A stretch of 64,000 bases of DNA from Candidatus Nomurabacteria bacterium. GTDB lineage: Bacteria > Patescibacteriota > Minisyncoccia > Phycocordibacterales > SBAW01. The position numbers and the translations under genes are program-made. The DNA is taken from contig JADZGF010000005.1 of NCBI GenBank assembly GCA_020854065.1, positions 8,925 to 72,924 of the forward strand, read 5' to 3'. The notes beneath the pieces are model-generated. The model made no database searches. It was not told the origin of the DNA and saw nothing but the letters and a program-made list of their open reading frames with translations. Below, piece by piece: positions 28,909 through 38,565 of this stretch (the stretch's first letter is position 1; every line of letters starts with the position of its first letter).

Positions 28909-29598
28909 ATGACTAAAAACACCTTAATTGAGCGGCTTTTCAGCGTTGGCGCGCATTTTGGCTATGCGGCCCGCTACCGCCATCCATCAACTACTTCGTT
29001 TCTCTTTGGTGCAAAGGGCTCGGTGGAGCTTTTCGATCTTGAGAAGACGGCATCTCTTCTTGATCAGGCACTTGCGTTCGTCAAATCTCTCGCAGCGGAG
29101 AAAAAGGTTATTCTCTTCGTCTCTGGCAAAGCTGAGTCTCGCGATACTCTTCGCAGGGTTGCGGAACGCATTGGCCAGCCATATGCTTCAGGTCGTTGGA
29201 TAGGAGGTACCCTCACTAACTGGAATGAGATTAAAAAGCGCCTCGCTCGTTTAGAGGAGCATATCGCTATGCGTGATGGTGGGCAGCTTGCCAAGTTCAC
29301 TAAGCGTGAGCGCCTCCTTATCGATCGCGAGATCACTGATCTTGAGGCTATGTTTGGGGGTCTTCGTGGTATGAGTAAACTCCCTGATGCACTTGTTATC
29401 GTCGACCCACGAGCTGAGAAGGGTGCAGCCGAGGAGGCACGTCAACTCAATATCCCGGTGGTTGCTTTTCTTAACTCTGATTGCGATGCCTCGAGTATTC
29501 AGTATCCAATCCCCGGCAACGATGCGTCTGCAGCGGCAGTCACACTTGTGCTTGATGAAATTGCGAAAGCATATCAGGACGCGACTCCTGCAGCATAA
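28909..29598 (+). CDS. rpsB: 30S ribosomal protein S2
   Basis: GAHFG, RWIGGTLTN, IPGND. Confidence 0.96.
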   Translation: MTKNTLIERLFSVGAHFGYAARYRHPSTTSFLFGAKGSVELFDLEKTASLLDQALAFVKSLAAEKKVILFVSGKAESRDTLRRVAERIGQPYASGRWIGGTLTNWNEIKKRLARLEEHIAMRDGGQLAKFTKRERLLIDREITDLEAMFGGLRGMSKLPDALVIVDPRAEKGAAEEARQLNIPVVAFLNSDCDASSIQYPIPGNDASAAAVTLVLDEIAKAYQDATPAA

Positions 29599-29615
29599 GG
29601 CACTATAATAGGGTA

Positions 29616-30065
29616 ATGATTACGACGGAGCAAATAAAAGAACTTCGGGAGAAGACCGGTATTTCGATTGCTGAGTGCAAGAAGGCACTTGAGGCAACAG
29701 AAGGAGACATGGCAAAGGCTATGGATATTCTGCGCGAGCGTGCTGCTGCTGCAGTGGGTAAGAAGGCTGATCGTGACTTGGGTGCAGGCTCTGTTGCATC
29801 CTATGTACACGGCACTGCCCAGGTGGGTGCCATGGTTAAGTTGGCCTGCGAGACTGACTTCGTATCCAAGAATGAAGAGTTCGTAGCCCTTGCTCGCGAC
29901 ATTGCTATGCACGCCACTGCGATGAAGCCAACATCAATCGTTGAGCTTCTCGAGCAGCCGTTCATCAAGAACCCTGAGAGTATGATTAAAGACCTCATTT
30001 CTGCCGCTACGCAGAAGTTTGGCGAGCGTATTGAGGTCTCGGAACTCAGTGTTTTCTCCGTCTAA
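29616..30065 (+). CDS. tsf: Elongation factor Ts, short form
   Basis: IKELREKTG....CKKAL, CETDFV; 149 aa; follows rpsB. Confidence 0.95.
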   Translation: MITTEQIKELREKTGISIAECKKALEATEGDMAKAMDILRERAAAAVGKKADRDLGAGSVASYVHGTAQVGAMVKLACETDFVSKNEEFVALARDIAMHATAMKPTSIVELLEQPFIKNPESMIKDLISAATQKFGERIEVSELSVFSV

Positions 30066-30084
30066 ACTGGTACAATAAGGGGGT

Positions 30085-30495
30085 ATGGCAACCTTCTTCA
30101 TGGCAACCCTTGCCGTCTCAATTGTGGGACTTATCACCCTTATCTCGCTTAAGCATTGGGAACTGACCAGCGGTAAAGTCGTTCTAGGAAGTATTCGTCC
30201 CACCGTGGGAGAGTTTCTTCACAGACTTGTGTACTTCTTTGAGTATTCGCTTCCGCTCCTTATCAAAGCATTCATCGTGCGCGCTATCGCAGCGCTGCGT
30301 CGCGGCATGCACGCTGCAGTTGCGTGGGCCGTCTTCTTCACCGAGCGAGTTCTTGAATCAACCTTGGTTCGCTTGCGTCGCAAGACAGATCTTCCGTTAG
30401 TGCGTCGCACCCAGTCATCTCACTTCTTGCGCGAGGTTGCGGAGCATAAGAAAAAGCTCCAGGAGATAGAAGATCGGGCTATCTACGAGGATTAA
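30085..30495 (+). CDS. Hypothetical membrane protein
   Basis: N-terminal TM; TACAAT upstream; S.FL..V.EHK C-terminal motif. Confidence 0.6.
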   Translation: MATFFMATLAVSIVGLITLISLKHWELTSGKVVLGSIRPTVGEFLHRLVYFFEYSLPLLIKAFIVRAIAALRRGMHAAVAWAVFFTERVLESTLVRLRRKTDLPLVRRTQSSHFLREVAEHKKKLQEIEDRAIYED

Positions 30496-30530
30496 AAATA
30501 GGGTATAGTAACCCCGTTCCGCACTCTTTT

Positions 30531-30606
30531 GCCGGAGTAGCTCAGTTGGTAGAGCGCCGCTTTTGTAAAGCGAGGGTCGCCGGTTCAAGCCCGGCCTCCG
30601 GCTCCA
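30531..30606 (+). tRNA. tRNA-Thr(TGT)
   Basis: Acceptor GCCGGAG/CTCCGGC, D-arm GCTC/GAGC, anticodon loop TTTGTAA, T-loop TTCAAGC, encoded CCA; 76 nt. Confidence 0.95.
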
Positions 30607-30608
30607 AT

Positions 30609-31286
30609 TTATCGTTCCGTGGTCGTTGCAGTGGTCGTCGAGAGCGTAGAAAGTTCAGGGATGAGCTCTTCCATCTGCTCGAGATTGCGGAAGCCGTATA
30701 CCGGTGCGCGATCGTTGATGATCAGTGCAGGGAGGTCGCCGCGTACTTTACGCAAGGCGATCAGTGTCTGAAGTGCCGAGAGGTTTAGATTGTAGTCAAA
30801 CGAGTATACGCGGAGTCCCGGGTACGTCTGGCGCAAGTAGGTGAGTACTTCGCCGAGGCGAGCACAGTCGGTGCAGTCTCCCGTGTTGCTGTAGAAGTAG
30901 AGCACATATACCGGCTCAAAAGATGAGCACTTCTGTGACACCTCTTGGAGGAGAAGATAGTCTTTGATCTGGAGAAGTGAGTATTGTTTCTTAAGAGAAA
31001 TTACTTCTGCGTTGTCGCTGCCGAGGTTTCCTTCTGCGACACTGAGGCGACTTGCAAGCTCATCAAGCTCATCCGAGAGAACTGGATTATCTGCAATGAT
31101 GGAGCAGGGCAAGTTGCCCAATAGATCAAACTGAGTTTCAAGCGAGAGTATGTCGATAGAGACTGCCTCTTGCGTTGCGCGAATATCCGCGACGCGGGCG
31201 CTATCAAATCGTGCGGCAATATAAAAGGCTGTGCCGAAAATGGCAGCAGTAATACCAAACGCAAGGATATATTTTTGCCAACTCAT
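30609..31286 (-). CDS. Membrane-anchored protein with C-terminal thioredoxin-like CxxC domain
   Basis: N-terminal TM; YFYS...CTDC; P.LIIN. Confidence 0.65.
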   Translation of the reverse strand: MSWQKYILAFGITAAIFGTAFYIAARFDSARVADIRATQEAVSIDILSLETQFDLLGNLPCSIIADNPVLSDELDELASRLSVAEGNLGSDNAEVISLKKQYSLLQIKDYLLLQEVSQKCSSFEPVYVLYFYSNTGDCTDCARLGEVLTYLRQTYPGLRVYSFDYNLNLSALQTLIALRKVRGDLPALIINDRAPVYGFRNLEQMEELIPELSTLSTTTATTTER

Positions 31287-31298
31287 GACGTACGTGTT

Positions 31299-32531
31299 TT
31301 ACCGCCAAACGCTCTCGCGCGCAAGGAGTGCACCCCAAGCCGCCTTTACAAGCCACAATGGTGCGATAAAGCCGTAGAGTGCAAAGTATGCAACAAACGA
31401 GCGGGGTTTAAGAGAGGTTTGAGATATTTTGGCACCCATATAGATCGCAAAGAGTGTCAGTGAGATCACCGTTACGGTGACGAAGATAATCATACTGGTT
31501 TGGATGTAGAACCAATCAAAGTGGAAGGATGGCATGTGAAGTGGAATGCCCGTTGCTGAGTAATCTGCGATGCGATTCACTATGAGCGACGTTACGGTGT
31601 AGAGCATGTATCCTGCGGTATAGAGACCTGCGGCAAATGCAGCAAGACCAAAGGGCAGGACGAGCATACCGAAGTTTCCATATTTGCGATTAAAGAACAT
31701 GTGTGCGTAGTCTTTGCTGTTTTGGAGGAACCCTTGTGACCAGCGTGTTCGCTGCTTTACCAACGCACGCACTGTTTTCGGTACGGTCGTGTATACATAC
31801 GCAGTGTGTGCATTCACAATCTTGAGTCCATGAGAGTGCATGCGGAATGCGATTTCCATGTCTTCGGTGTTGTGCGCGTGTTTAAAGAGACCAATCTTTT
31901 TAAATACCTCGCGGCGATAGAGAGAGAAGGGGCCAGGCAATACTGAGATAGCCGAGAGGTTGTCGAACATTTTTTTATAGAAAATACCGAATGTATATTC
32001 GACTGCCTGCATCAGTTCAAGTGCATTCTTTGGCTCATGTACCTTCATTGCTGGAGTAATGGCCATGATGCTCGGATTATCATTTAAACTCTTTATCACT
32101 TCGATCAGCGCATCTTGAGCAACAAACGAGTCAGCGTCCAGGCATCCCACAATGTCTGCAGTTGCGTTCTCGATACCGAAGTTAAGTGCAGTGTATTTGC
32201 CACCATTTTCTTTGGTGTAGAAACGGACGTTTGGATATTTTGCAGCATAGGTCTGGGCAATAGAAGCGGTATTATCCGTGGATCCATCATCAACAACTGT
32301 CACGGTCAATTTGTCCTGCGGATACTCCATCGCAAGGAGAGATTCGATGGTCTTGCCTACCGTCTCTTGCTCGTTAAAGCAGGGCACCAAGATATCTACC
32401 GTCGGGTAGAAGGCAGGACGGAGCGCGCTCTTTTTGCTAGGGCGTTTTTCTAGGAAGCTAATGAGCAAAAACACCTCAAAGTAGAGGGCAATAAAAAGAC
32501 ACACATACAGGCCAAGGGCCCCGATTTCCAT
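31299..32531 (-). CDS. Processive GT2 glycosyltransferase (IcaA/PgaC-like)
   Basis: DDGS, GGK..ALN, DAD, TED, QRTRW; C-terminal TMs. Confidence 0.92.
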   Translation of the reverse strand: MEIGALGLYVCLFIALYFEVFLLISFLEKRPSKKSALRPAFYPTVDILVPCFNEQETVGKTIESLLAMEYPQDKLTVTVVDDGSTDNTASIAQTYAAKYPNVRFYTKENGGKYTALNFGIENATADIVGCLDADSFVAQDALIEVIKSLNDNPSIMAITPAMKVHEPKNALELMQAVEYTFGIFYKKMFDNLSAISVLPGPFSLYRREVFKKIGLFKHAHNTEDMEIAFRMHSHGLKIVNAHTAYVYTTVPKTVRALVKQRTRWSQGFLQNSKDYAHMFFNRKYGNFGMLVLPFGLAAFAAGLYTAGYMLYTVTSLIVNRIADYSATGIPLHMPSFHFDWFYIQTSMIIFVTVTVISLTLFAIYMGAKISQTSLKPRSFVAYFALYGFIAPLWLVKAAWGALLARESVWR

Positions 32532-32587
32532 ACGCTACAGTATAGCATTTTTGCCCATATTTGACACCCCCTAGCTTTGTGGTCCGA

Positions 32588-33721
32588 TTATCGGACCTGG
32601 GCACCATATTCGGCAGCGGTTTTCTGCTCAAGTGCTTTATGGAGCGCGTCTACCTCCTCACTGGTGAGTGTTCGATCAAGTGAGCGGTACACAATGCGAT
32701 ACGTGTAGCTTATCTTATCCGCCCCGAACTTTTCTGCACTTTCGAACTTGTCTAAAAGGGAGACTTCTTCGATGAGATCTTCGCCCACAGTCTCGCGGAT
32801 AAGGTCAAAGTAGTCATTGGGGGCAAAACGTTTGTCGACAATGAAAGAAATGTCGCGCACTACTGCTGGGTACTTGCTAACCTCTTTGTACTTCTGCCCA
32901 AGCTTCAGCTGAGCTGTTACGCGCGGGTCTGTGGACCATAAAAGGCGTATGTCAGGGAGTTCCATGCTGATAATAGCAAGACGCTCTAACCCAAAGCCGA
33001 ACGCCCATCCGTTGTATCCCTCAAGCCCCATCTTTTTGAGTACTGATTTCTTTGGCATACCGCTGCCAAGAATCTCAATCCAGCGATCTCCCACCTTTAC
33101 CTCAACTTGGAGCGACGGATCAGTGTAGGGGAAAGTATCATCCAAAAAGCGGTATTCAATACCACTGCCAAAGAGTCCTTCAACGACTTCGGTTAAGACA
33201 CGCTTCAATTCATCAAGCGGCATGATGCCTTTTGAATCAGGCTGCAAGAGCCATCCACCAAACTGGTGGAAGACATTCATGTGACGATTATCTATCTCGT
33301 CTTTGCGGTATACCTTGCCATAGCAGACGCAACCGACATCTTCGCCGCGAGCAATACGCTCTTTAACCTCGGGCAAATTGAGGTAGTAATACCACATGAC
33401 CGTGTCATGGGGGCGTAAGATATCAGTCTTAGTTGCGTAGTAGGTGTCCGAGGGGCTGCGTGCCGGGTGATCAGGAGGGAAATCAAAGAGATCAAAGGCA
33501 ATGGTGGTCGGTACGATCTCCGGAATGATGATGTTGTCGAGTGTTGAGAGGGTAGGAGTTGCCCGGGCACGCTCTACTAACTCATAGAGCGGGTGTCCAG
33601 GTGTGCGGGAGAGATCCGGCATCGACAATACGCGCTTCATACGCAAAGCGTCGGTGTCTTGCCGTGACTCAAGACTTTTTTTGGTCTCCTCTTCGGTCTT
33701 TGTGTCTATACGGTATTCCAT
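32588..33721 (-). CDS. pheS: Single-chain organellar-type phenylalanine-tRNA ligase (catalytic domain + FDX-ACB anticodon-binding domain)
   Basis: DHPARS.SDTYY, VYRKDEID..H..VFHQ, GWAFGFGLERLA, PDIRLLWS, SKYPAVVRDISF, YRSLDRTLT. Confidence 0.9.
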   Translation of the reverse strand: MEYRIDTKTEEETKKSLESRQDTDALRMKRVLSMPDLSRTPGHPLYELVERARATPTLSTLDNIIIPEIVPTTIAFDLFDFPPDHPARSPSDTYYATKTDILRPHDTVMWYYYLNLPEVKERIARGEDVGCVCYGKVYRKDEIDNRHMNVFHQFGGWLLQPDSKGIMPLDELKRVLTEVVEGLFGSGIEYRFLDDTFPYTDPSLQVEVKVGDRWIEILGSGMPKKSVLKKMGLEGYNGWAFGFGLERLAIISMELPDIRLLWSTDPRVTAQLKLGQKYKEVSKYPAVVRDISFIVDKRFAPNDYFDLIRETVGEDLIEEVSLLDKFESAEKFGADKISYTYRIVYRSLDRTLTSEEVDALHKALEQKTAAEYGAQVR

Positions 33722-33755
33722 AAAATGTCGCTCTCATACTATATGATAAGTCATT

Positions 33756-33788
33756 AAAAAAGAAGACCGCCATGTGATTACATGGCGG
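33756..33788 (-). terminator. Intrinsic terminator of the 33803..34246 gene
   Basis: ccgccatgt/acatggcgg stem followed on the minus strand by TCTTCTTTTTT. Confidence 0.75.
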
Positions 33789-33802
33789 AAGTGGTAAAAG
33801 AT

Positions 33803-34246
33803 TCAGCAGCGCTTGTAGAAACCGTTCAGTACGCTTGCTGGCATCATTTTCAGATCTTGTGTCAGGCCACCTTGGTGCCTAATCCACTCCTGCACCACTT
33901 TCGGGTAAGAGTTCATCATGGAGTTGGTGACCTTTGGGTTGGGGCCAGCGTAGTGCTGGGTCGCGAAGAATCCGTAATTGCGCAGCTCCACATCGAATGC
34001 CGCATGGAAACCAAAGACTGCACGGTTCGTGACACACACCTTCTTGCGCGGCACGTAGCTCAGGACCAGTGTGCAGGCCGAGAGGCATTTTCCGTCGATC
34101 ATCACCGAGTATCCGGCTGCCCGGATACCTTTGTATAACTCGATGTACGCTTCAACTCTGCCGCCCGGGTCATCACTAATTCGGACCTGGGCGTGTGCCG
34201 GAGCACTCATGAGTGCCGCAAAGAGCAAAAGCAAAACGTATCGCAT
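33803..34246 (-). CDS. Secreted hypothetical protein, ClpP/crotonase-like motifs
   Basis: Signal peptide ending AHA; DPGG, IDG.CLSACT, FGFHAA; strong SD before ATG 34246. Confidence 0.75.
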   Translation of the reverse strand: MRYVLLLLFAALMSAPAHAQVRISDDPGGRVEAYIELYKGIRAAGYSVMIDGKCLSACTLVLSYVPRKKVCVTNRAVFGFHAAFDVELRNYGFFATQHYAGPNPKVTNSMMNSYPKVVQEWIRHQGGLTQDLKMMPASVLNGFYKRC

Positions 34247-34394
34247 AGGAGTCCTTCTCCTCCACCAGTTGCTCTGCCACAACGGTACCACTTTATCCTT
34301 ATTTAGCAAGCTTATTTGTGGGTGGAGGGGCTTCCAAAAAGGGTTAAAATTTGTTAATATATAGGGGTAGGCCCGCATAGGGTTTAGCTAACTA

Positions 34395-36452
34395 ATGGCC
34401 GAGGAAAAGACTAAAAAATCCAATTACGGTGCCGACGCCATTACCGTCCTCGAGGGTCTCGAGGCAGTCCGGCGCCGTCCGGGTATGTACATCGGTACCA
34501 CGGGTCCCGATGGTCTTCATCATTTGCTCTGGGAGGTATTTGATAACAGCCGGGATGAAGCAATGGGTGGTTTTGCTGATGAAATTGAGGTCGTGCTCTT
34601 GCCGGGCAACATGGTTCGCAATGCGGACAATGGGCGTGGTATTCCGGTTGAAGTACACAAGCAAACCAAGGTTTCTACACTTGAGACCGTTCTCACGATT
34701 TTGCATGCGGGTGGTAAGTTCGGTGGTGAAGGATACAAAGTATCCGGCGGTTTACACGGTGTCGGTGTCTCGGTGGTGAACGCGCTTTCAACGAAGCTGG
34801 TTGCGGAGGTTCATCGCGATGGGGCAGCCCATGTGCAGGAGTACTCAATTGGCAAACCGAAAGGGAAGATAAAAAAGATAGGAGCAAGTAAACTCCACGG
34901 TACCGTTATTACCTTCACCCCAGACGATTCCATCTTTACAGGGGGTATCGAAATGAGCTTCGAAAAAATAGTCTCGCATTTGCGTGAGCAAGCATATCTC
35001 GTCAAAGGGCTGCGCATTCGGATTATTGATGCACGTAACTCTTCGGTAAAAATCCCTGCATCAGGCGAAGAGCTATTTGTGGGGCATCTGTTCACCGATT
35101 GTCCATCGCAAACCTTCTATTTCGAAGGAGGCCTTCGTTCGCTCATTTCCTTCCACAACCGATACCTCAAACCGATTCATAAGAATATCTTCTATATCGA
35201 GAAGGAGATAGATGATGTATCAGTCGAGATTGCACTCCAATATGTAGATGACATCTCTTCCCGCGTATTTCCGTTTGCAAACAACATATACAACACCGAG
35301 GGAGGTACCCATATCACGGGTTTTAAGACTGCACTTACCCGCACTCTTAACTCATATGGCCGCAAGGCAGGGATTGTAAAAGAGAGTGAAGAAAACTTCA
35401 CCGGGGATGACGTGCTTGAGGGTCTCTCGGCAGTCGTATCGGTAAAACTTCGGGAGATTCAATTCGAAGGCCAGACCAAAGGCAAACTTGGGTCTGTTGA
35501 AGCACGTGGCGCTGTTGAAAGCGTCTTTAGCGAAGCATTCGGGGTTTTTCTCGAAGAGAACCCTGACGATGCAAAAGCGATAATCAGCAAGTCGGTCTTG
35601 GCGATGAAGGCGCGTAAAGCGGCTAAAGCTGCCAAAGACTCGATATTGCGCAAAGGCGCACTTGAGGGCATGACGCTCCCAGGCAAACTCGCTGATTGCC
35701 AAAGCAAAGATGCATCAGAGTCTGAGCTCTTTGTGGTGGAGGGCGATTCTGCAGGTGGTTCAGCAAAAATGGGTCGTGATCGCCGTACACAAGCAATCTT
35801 GCCGCTTCGTGGCAAGATCCTCAACGTTGAACGTGCACGGCTCGATAAGATGCTGGGCTCTGAGCAGATCAAAAACTTGGTCGTGGCGTTAGGCACCGCA
35901 ATCGGTGAGACATTTAATATCGAGAAACTCCGCTACCATAAAATCATCCTCGCTACCGATGCCGATGTTGACGGTGCACACATTCGCACACTGCTTTTGA
36001 CACTACTCTTCCGCCATTTCCGACCCATCATCGAGGGTGGTTTTGTCTACATTGCACAACCACCGCTCTATAAGATTAAGAAGGGTAAAGAGGTTCACTA
36101 CGCATACTCTGATGAGGAGAAGTTTAAGATCGTCGGCGATGAGCCGGTTGAGGAAGGCGAACCACAGGAGTCTCCAGAAGGGGAAACACCAACTGAAGAA
36201 GCGGAGGAGAAAGCAGCGTCTAACCCTAAGAAATCAAAATTCCAAATCCAGCGCTACAAAGGTCTTGGAGAGATGAACCCTGAGGAATTGTGGGAGACCA
36301 CGATGAACCCGGAAAACCGCGTGCTTAAACAAGTTACGATCGACGATGCAGCGGATGCAGATCGTGTATTCGATATTTTGATGGGTGAGGATGTTTCAAG
36401 CCGCAAGAGCTTTATCCAAAGCAATGCGAAGTCGGCAAACTTGGATATCTAA
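34395..36452 (+). CDS. gyrB: DNA gyrase subunit B
   Basis: RRPGMYIG, GGLHGVG, EGDSAGG, PLRGKILN, DADVDG, RYKGLGEM. Confidence 0.96.
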   Translation: MAEEKTKKSNYGADAITVLEGLEAVRRRPGMYIGTTGPDGLHHLLWEVFDNSRDEAMGGFADEIEVVLLPGNMVRNADNGRGIPVEVHKQTKVSTLETVLTILHAGGKFGGEGYKVSGGLHGVGVSVVNALSTKLVAEVHRDGAAHVQEYSIGKPKGKIKKIGASKLHGTVITFTPDDSIFTGGIEMSFEKIVSHLREQAYLVKGLRIRIIDARNSSVKIPASGEELFVGHLFTDCPSQTFYFEGGLRSLISFHNRYLKPIHKNIFYIEKEIDDVSVEIALQYVDDISSRVFPFANNIYNTEGGTHITGFKTALTRTLNSYGRKAGIVKESEENFTGDDVLEGLSAVVSVKLREIQFEGQTKGKLGSVEARGAVESVFSEAFGVFLEENPDDAKAIISKSVLAMKARKAAKAAKDSILRKGALEGMTLPGKLADCQSKDASESELFVVEGDSAGGSAKMGRDRRTQAILPLRGKILNVERARLDKMLGSEQIKNLVVALGTAIGETFNIEKLRYHKIILATDADVDGAHIRTLLLTLLFRHFRPIIEGGFVYIAQPPLYKIKKGKEVHYAYSDEEKFKIVGDEPVEEGEPQESPEGETPTEEAEEKAASNPKKSKFQIQRYKGLGEMNPEELWETTMNPENRVLKQVTIDDAADADRVFDILMGEDVSSRKSFIQSNAKSANLDI

Positions 36453-36489
36453 CGGAGTTGAGTATAATCGGGGAAGAAAGGAGAACACT

Positions 36490-36732
36490 ATGCGGTACAA
36501 AGATGCGCGCCGGAATGTGGATCTCGCTCATCGTGGGTATCGGTATGAACGAGTTGTTTGGGCATGCCAAAACCTCTTTGTGCTCGGTGTGCCTATCTCG
36601 TACAAAGCAATTGCTCGGTGGCTGGGCCTGACTATCGACCATTTCTATCGAGTCTGGCTCCGGCGAAGCCTCCTGCTCACCAATGTTGTTCACCACTATA
36701 GAAAGCTGCAGAGAACACTAGCGGCAGCATAA
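36490..36732 (+). CDS. Small basic orphan protein with an HTH-like segment
   Basis: TATAAT at 36463, SD AAGGAG, ATG 36490; ISYKAIARWLGLTIDHFYR; followed by a terminator. Confidence 0.6.
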   Translation: MRYKDARRNVDLAHRGYRYERVVWACQNLFVLGVPISYKAIARWLGLTIDHFYRVWLRRSLLLTNVVHHYRKLQRTLAAA

Positions 36733-36747
36733 TATGTTTCGATAACG

Positions 36748-36777
36748 AAAAACCCCGGCCAGGAGCCGGGGGTTTTT
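36748..36777. terminator. Bidirectional intrinsic terminator
   Basis: aaaaaccccggc-cagga-gccgggggttttt between convergent genes. Confidence 0.85.
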
Positions 36778-36780
36778 GTT

Positions 36781-37788
36781 TTAGTAGAAGCTGCGGGAGG
36801 CAGTGTTGTTTACCTCATTCATCTCCGGGACGATATTGTATGGATCCACATGGATCGTTACGCTCTGTGATCCGTAGTCGTAGTTGTATACGTTGTAGCT
36901 TGAATGGCATGGTGCAACGTAGCTTGCGTTCGGACCGTAGTAGCTTGGTGGGCAGTAGCTGTTCGTCCAGTTGCCGGTTGCTTGATATCCCATTGTAAAG
37001 ACAATGCGATCGCCAGGGTAGAGTGCCTGCTGCGTTGGCGATTGATAGGTGTATCCACCATCGATCGGCAAGTTTGCGGTGAAGAACCAATTTGCTGGAG
37101 CAACATTGGTGCCAATGTTTTGCACGGTAAACTGGATCGCTGCACGTCCACTAGAGACGTATGCTGAGTTAATACCAACTTGGAGGTCAGAGTATCCGTA
37201 GAGGTTTTGGGTACGGCCACTTGGGTAATATGTTGAAGCAGGTTTTGCAGTCGAGGTTGCAGGTTTTGGAGTGGTGGTCGTTGTCTTTGCTGCTGCTACC
37301 GTCGTGCCGCCGGTCGAAGTTGCCGTGATTGCGCCGGTGCTGTCAGTTGCGGCAACGCTCACACCGATTGGTGTAGCAGTGGTGCCTGCGAGCGTTGGGG
37401 TGATGCGCACGGAGCTGGTTGCACCATCGAGTTTAAACGGCGTATCGCAAGCAACCTTTTGCGCTGCCTTACCCGGCAGTGTTACCTCAAAGGAAACCCC
37501 TTCTTTACACTGATATGCCAAACCATAGGTACGGCTGCCGGATGCGTTGCGGCTTGCCCACGAAAGAGTGAAGGCATCACCTGAAGTAGTTTGTGCAGGC
37601 AAAGAGAGTGTTACTGCCTCTTTTGCGGGCTCACCCTTAAAGATCCCACCGATTGAACCGGTTACATTGCCCACCAAAGAGGGGAGCCAAAATGCGAGCT
37701 GGATAATACCCCAGGCGCCTAAGAGTAAAACGACGATAAGTCCTAACACTGCGACGATGCGCAGCACGTTATCTTTAAACGTATGCAT
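36781..37788 (-). CDS. Membrane-anchored surface protein with Thr-rich linker and CARDB-like Ig domain
   Basis: N-terminal TM; DLQV, FTVQNIG, VDPYNIVPEMNEVNN. Confidence 0.7.
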   Translation of the reverse strand: MHTFKDNVLRIVAVLGLIVVLLLGAWGIIQLAFWLPSLVGNVTGSIGGIFKGEPAKEAVTLSLPAQTTSGDAFTLSWASRNASGSRTYGLAYQCKEGVSFEVTLPGKAAQKVACDTPFKLDGATSSVRITPTLAGTTATPIGVSVAATDSTGAITATSTGGTTVAAAKTTTTTPKPATSTAKPASTYYPSGRTQNLYGYSDLQVGINSAYVSSGRAAIQFTVQNIGTNVAPANWFFTANLPIDGGYTYQSPTQQALYPGDRIVFTMGYQATGNWTNSYCPPSYYGPNASYVAPCHSSYNVYNYDYGSQSVTIHVDPYNIVPEMNEVNNTASRSFY

Positions 37789-37870
37789 ATCCGGCAAGGT
37801 ACCACTAGTGAATAAACTTGTCAAATCTTATAAAACGTGGTTTTATATACCATACTATACTATCACAAAT

Positions 37871-38485
37871 ATGAAATTCCTCGGATTTCTCGCAACATTT
37901 GTCATCCTCTTTTTTGTTACCGTCGCCTTTTTGGGCGTGGTTGATGCGCTGCCTGAGCCAATTGGGGGAAATGGCGAGTCTGTACCGCAAGAAGAAAACC
38001 GTGCGTTTCGGGTGGAGAGTGACAGTACGCTCCCAGAAGGGGGCGAGTTTCCTACCCGCGTTGTCTCCAAGGCAATCGACATGGATGTAACAGTCTTAAA
38101 CACTCCTTCGACTGACGTTGTTGCCCTTGATGCTGATTTACTCAAAGGAGCGGTGCGCTATCCAAGTTCCGGCAGACTTGGCACAAATGGCACCGTGCTT
38201 TTGCTTGGTCATAGCTCATATTTGCCGGTGGTTCGCAACCAAAATTACAAAGCGTTTAATAATATTCAAAAACTCAAAGCAGGTGATGAGATTTCAGTCT
38301 ACTCAGACGCGCGCGAGTACCGCTATGAGGTCACGGGCGTACGACTTGCCGATGCAAGTGAAGATGTCGTAGAGTTGCCCACGGACGGCATGTACCTTAC
38401 CTTGGTAACCTGCAATACCTTTGCCGCAAAGACTGCACGCTATGTAGTCACGGCAAAACTCTCTTCGGTAAGCGAAGTTCAGTAA
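37871..38485 (+). CDS. Sortase family transpeptidase
   Basis: N-terminal TM; LGHS (His), LTLVTC (Cys), RYVV (Arg); start at ATG 37871. Confidence 0.9.
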   Translation: MKFLGFLATFVILFFVTVAFLGVVDALPEPIGGNGESVPQEENRAFRVESDSTLPEGGEFPTRVVSKAIDMDVTVLNTPSTDVVALDADLLKGAVRYPSSGRLGTNGTVLLLGHSSYLPVVRNQNYKAFNNIQKLKAGDEISVYSDAREYRYEVTGVRLADASEDVVELPTDGMYLTLVTCNTFAAKTARYVVTAKLSSVSEVQ

Positions 38486-38565
38486 CGCTTCATCTAAAGA
38501 GCGCATCGTGGGCAGTAGATACCTACGGGTGCTGTTCTTCAAATCAAACACAAGGAGACGGTGAT

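Noticed and set aside
30531-30609. tRNA-Thr as an integration site
   Set aside because: No duplicated tRNA 3' end or integrase was noticed nearby.
36130-36240. Acidic insertion in the GyrB C-terminal region as an intein or mobile insert
   Set aside because: Short low-complexity linker with no intein C/S...HN motifs.
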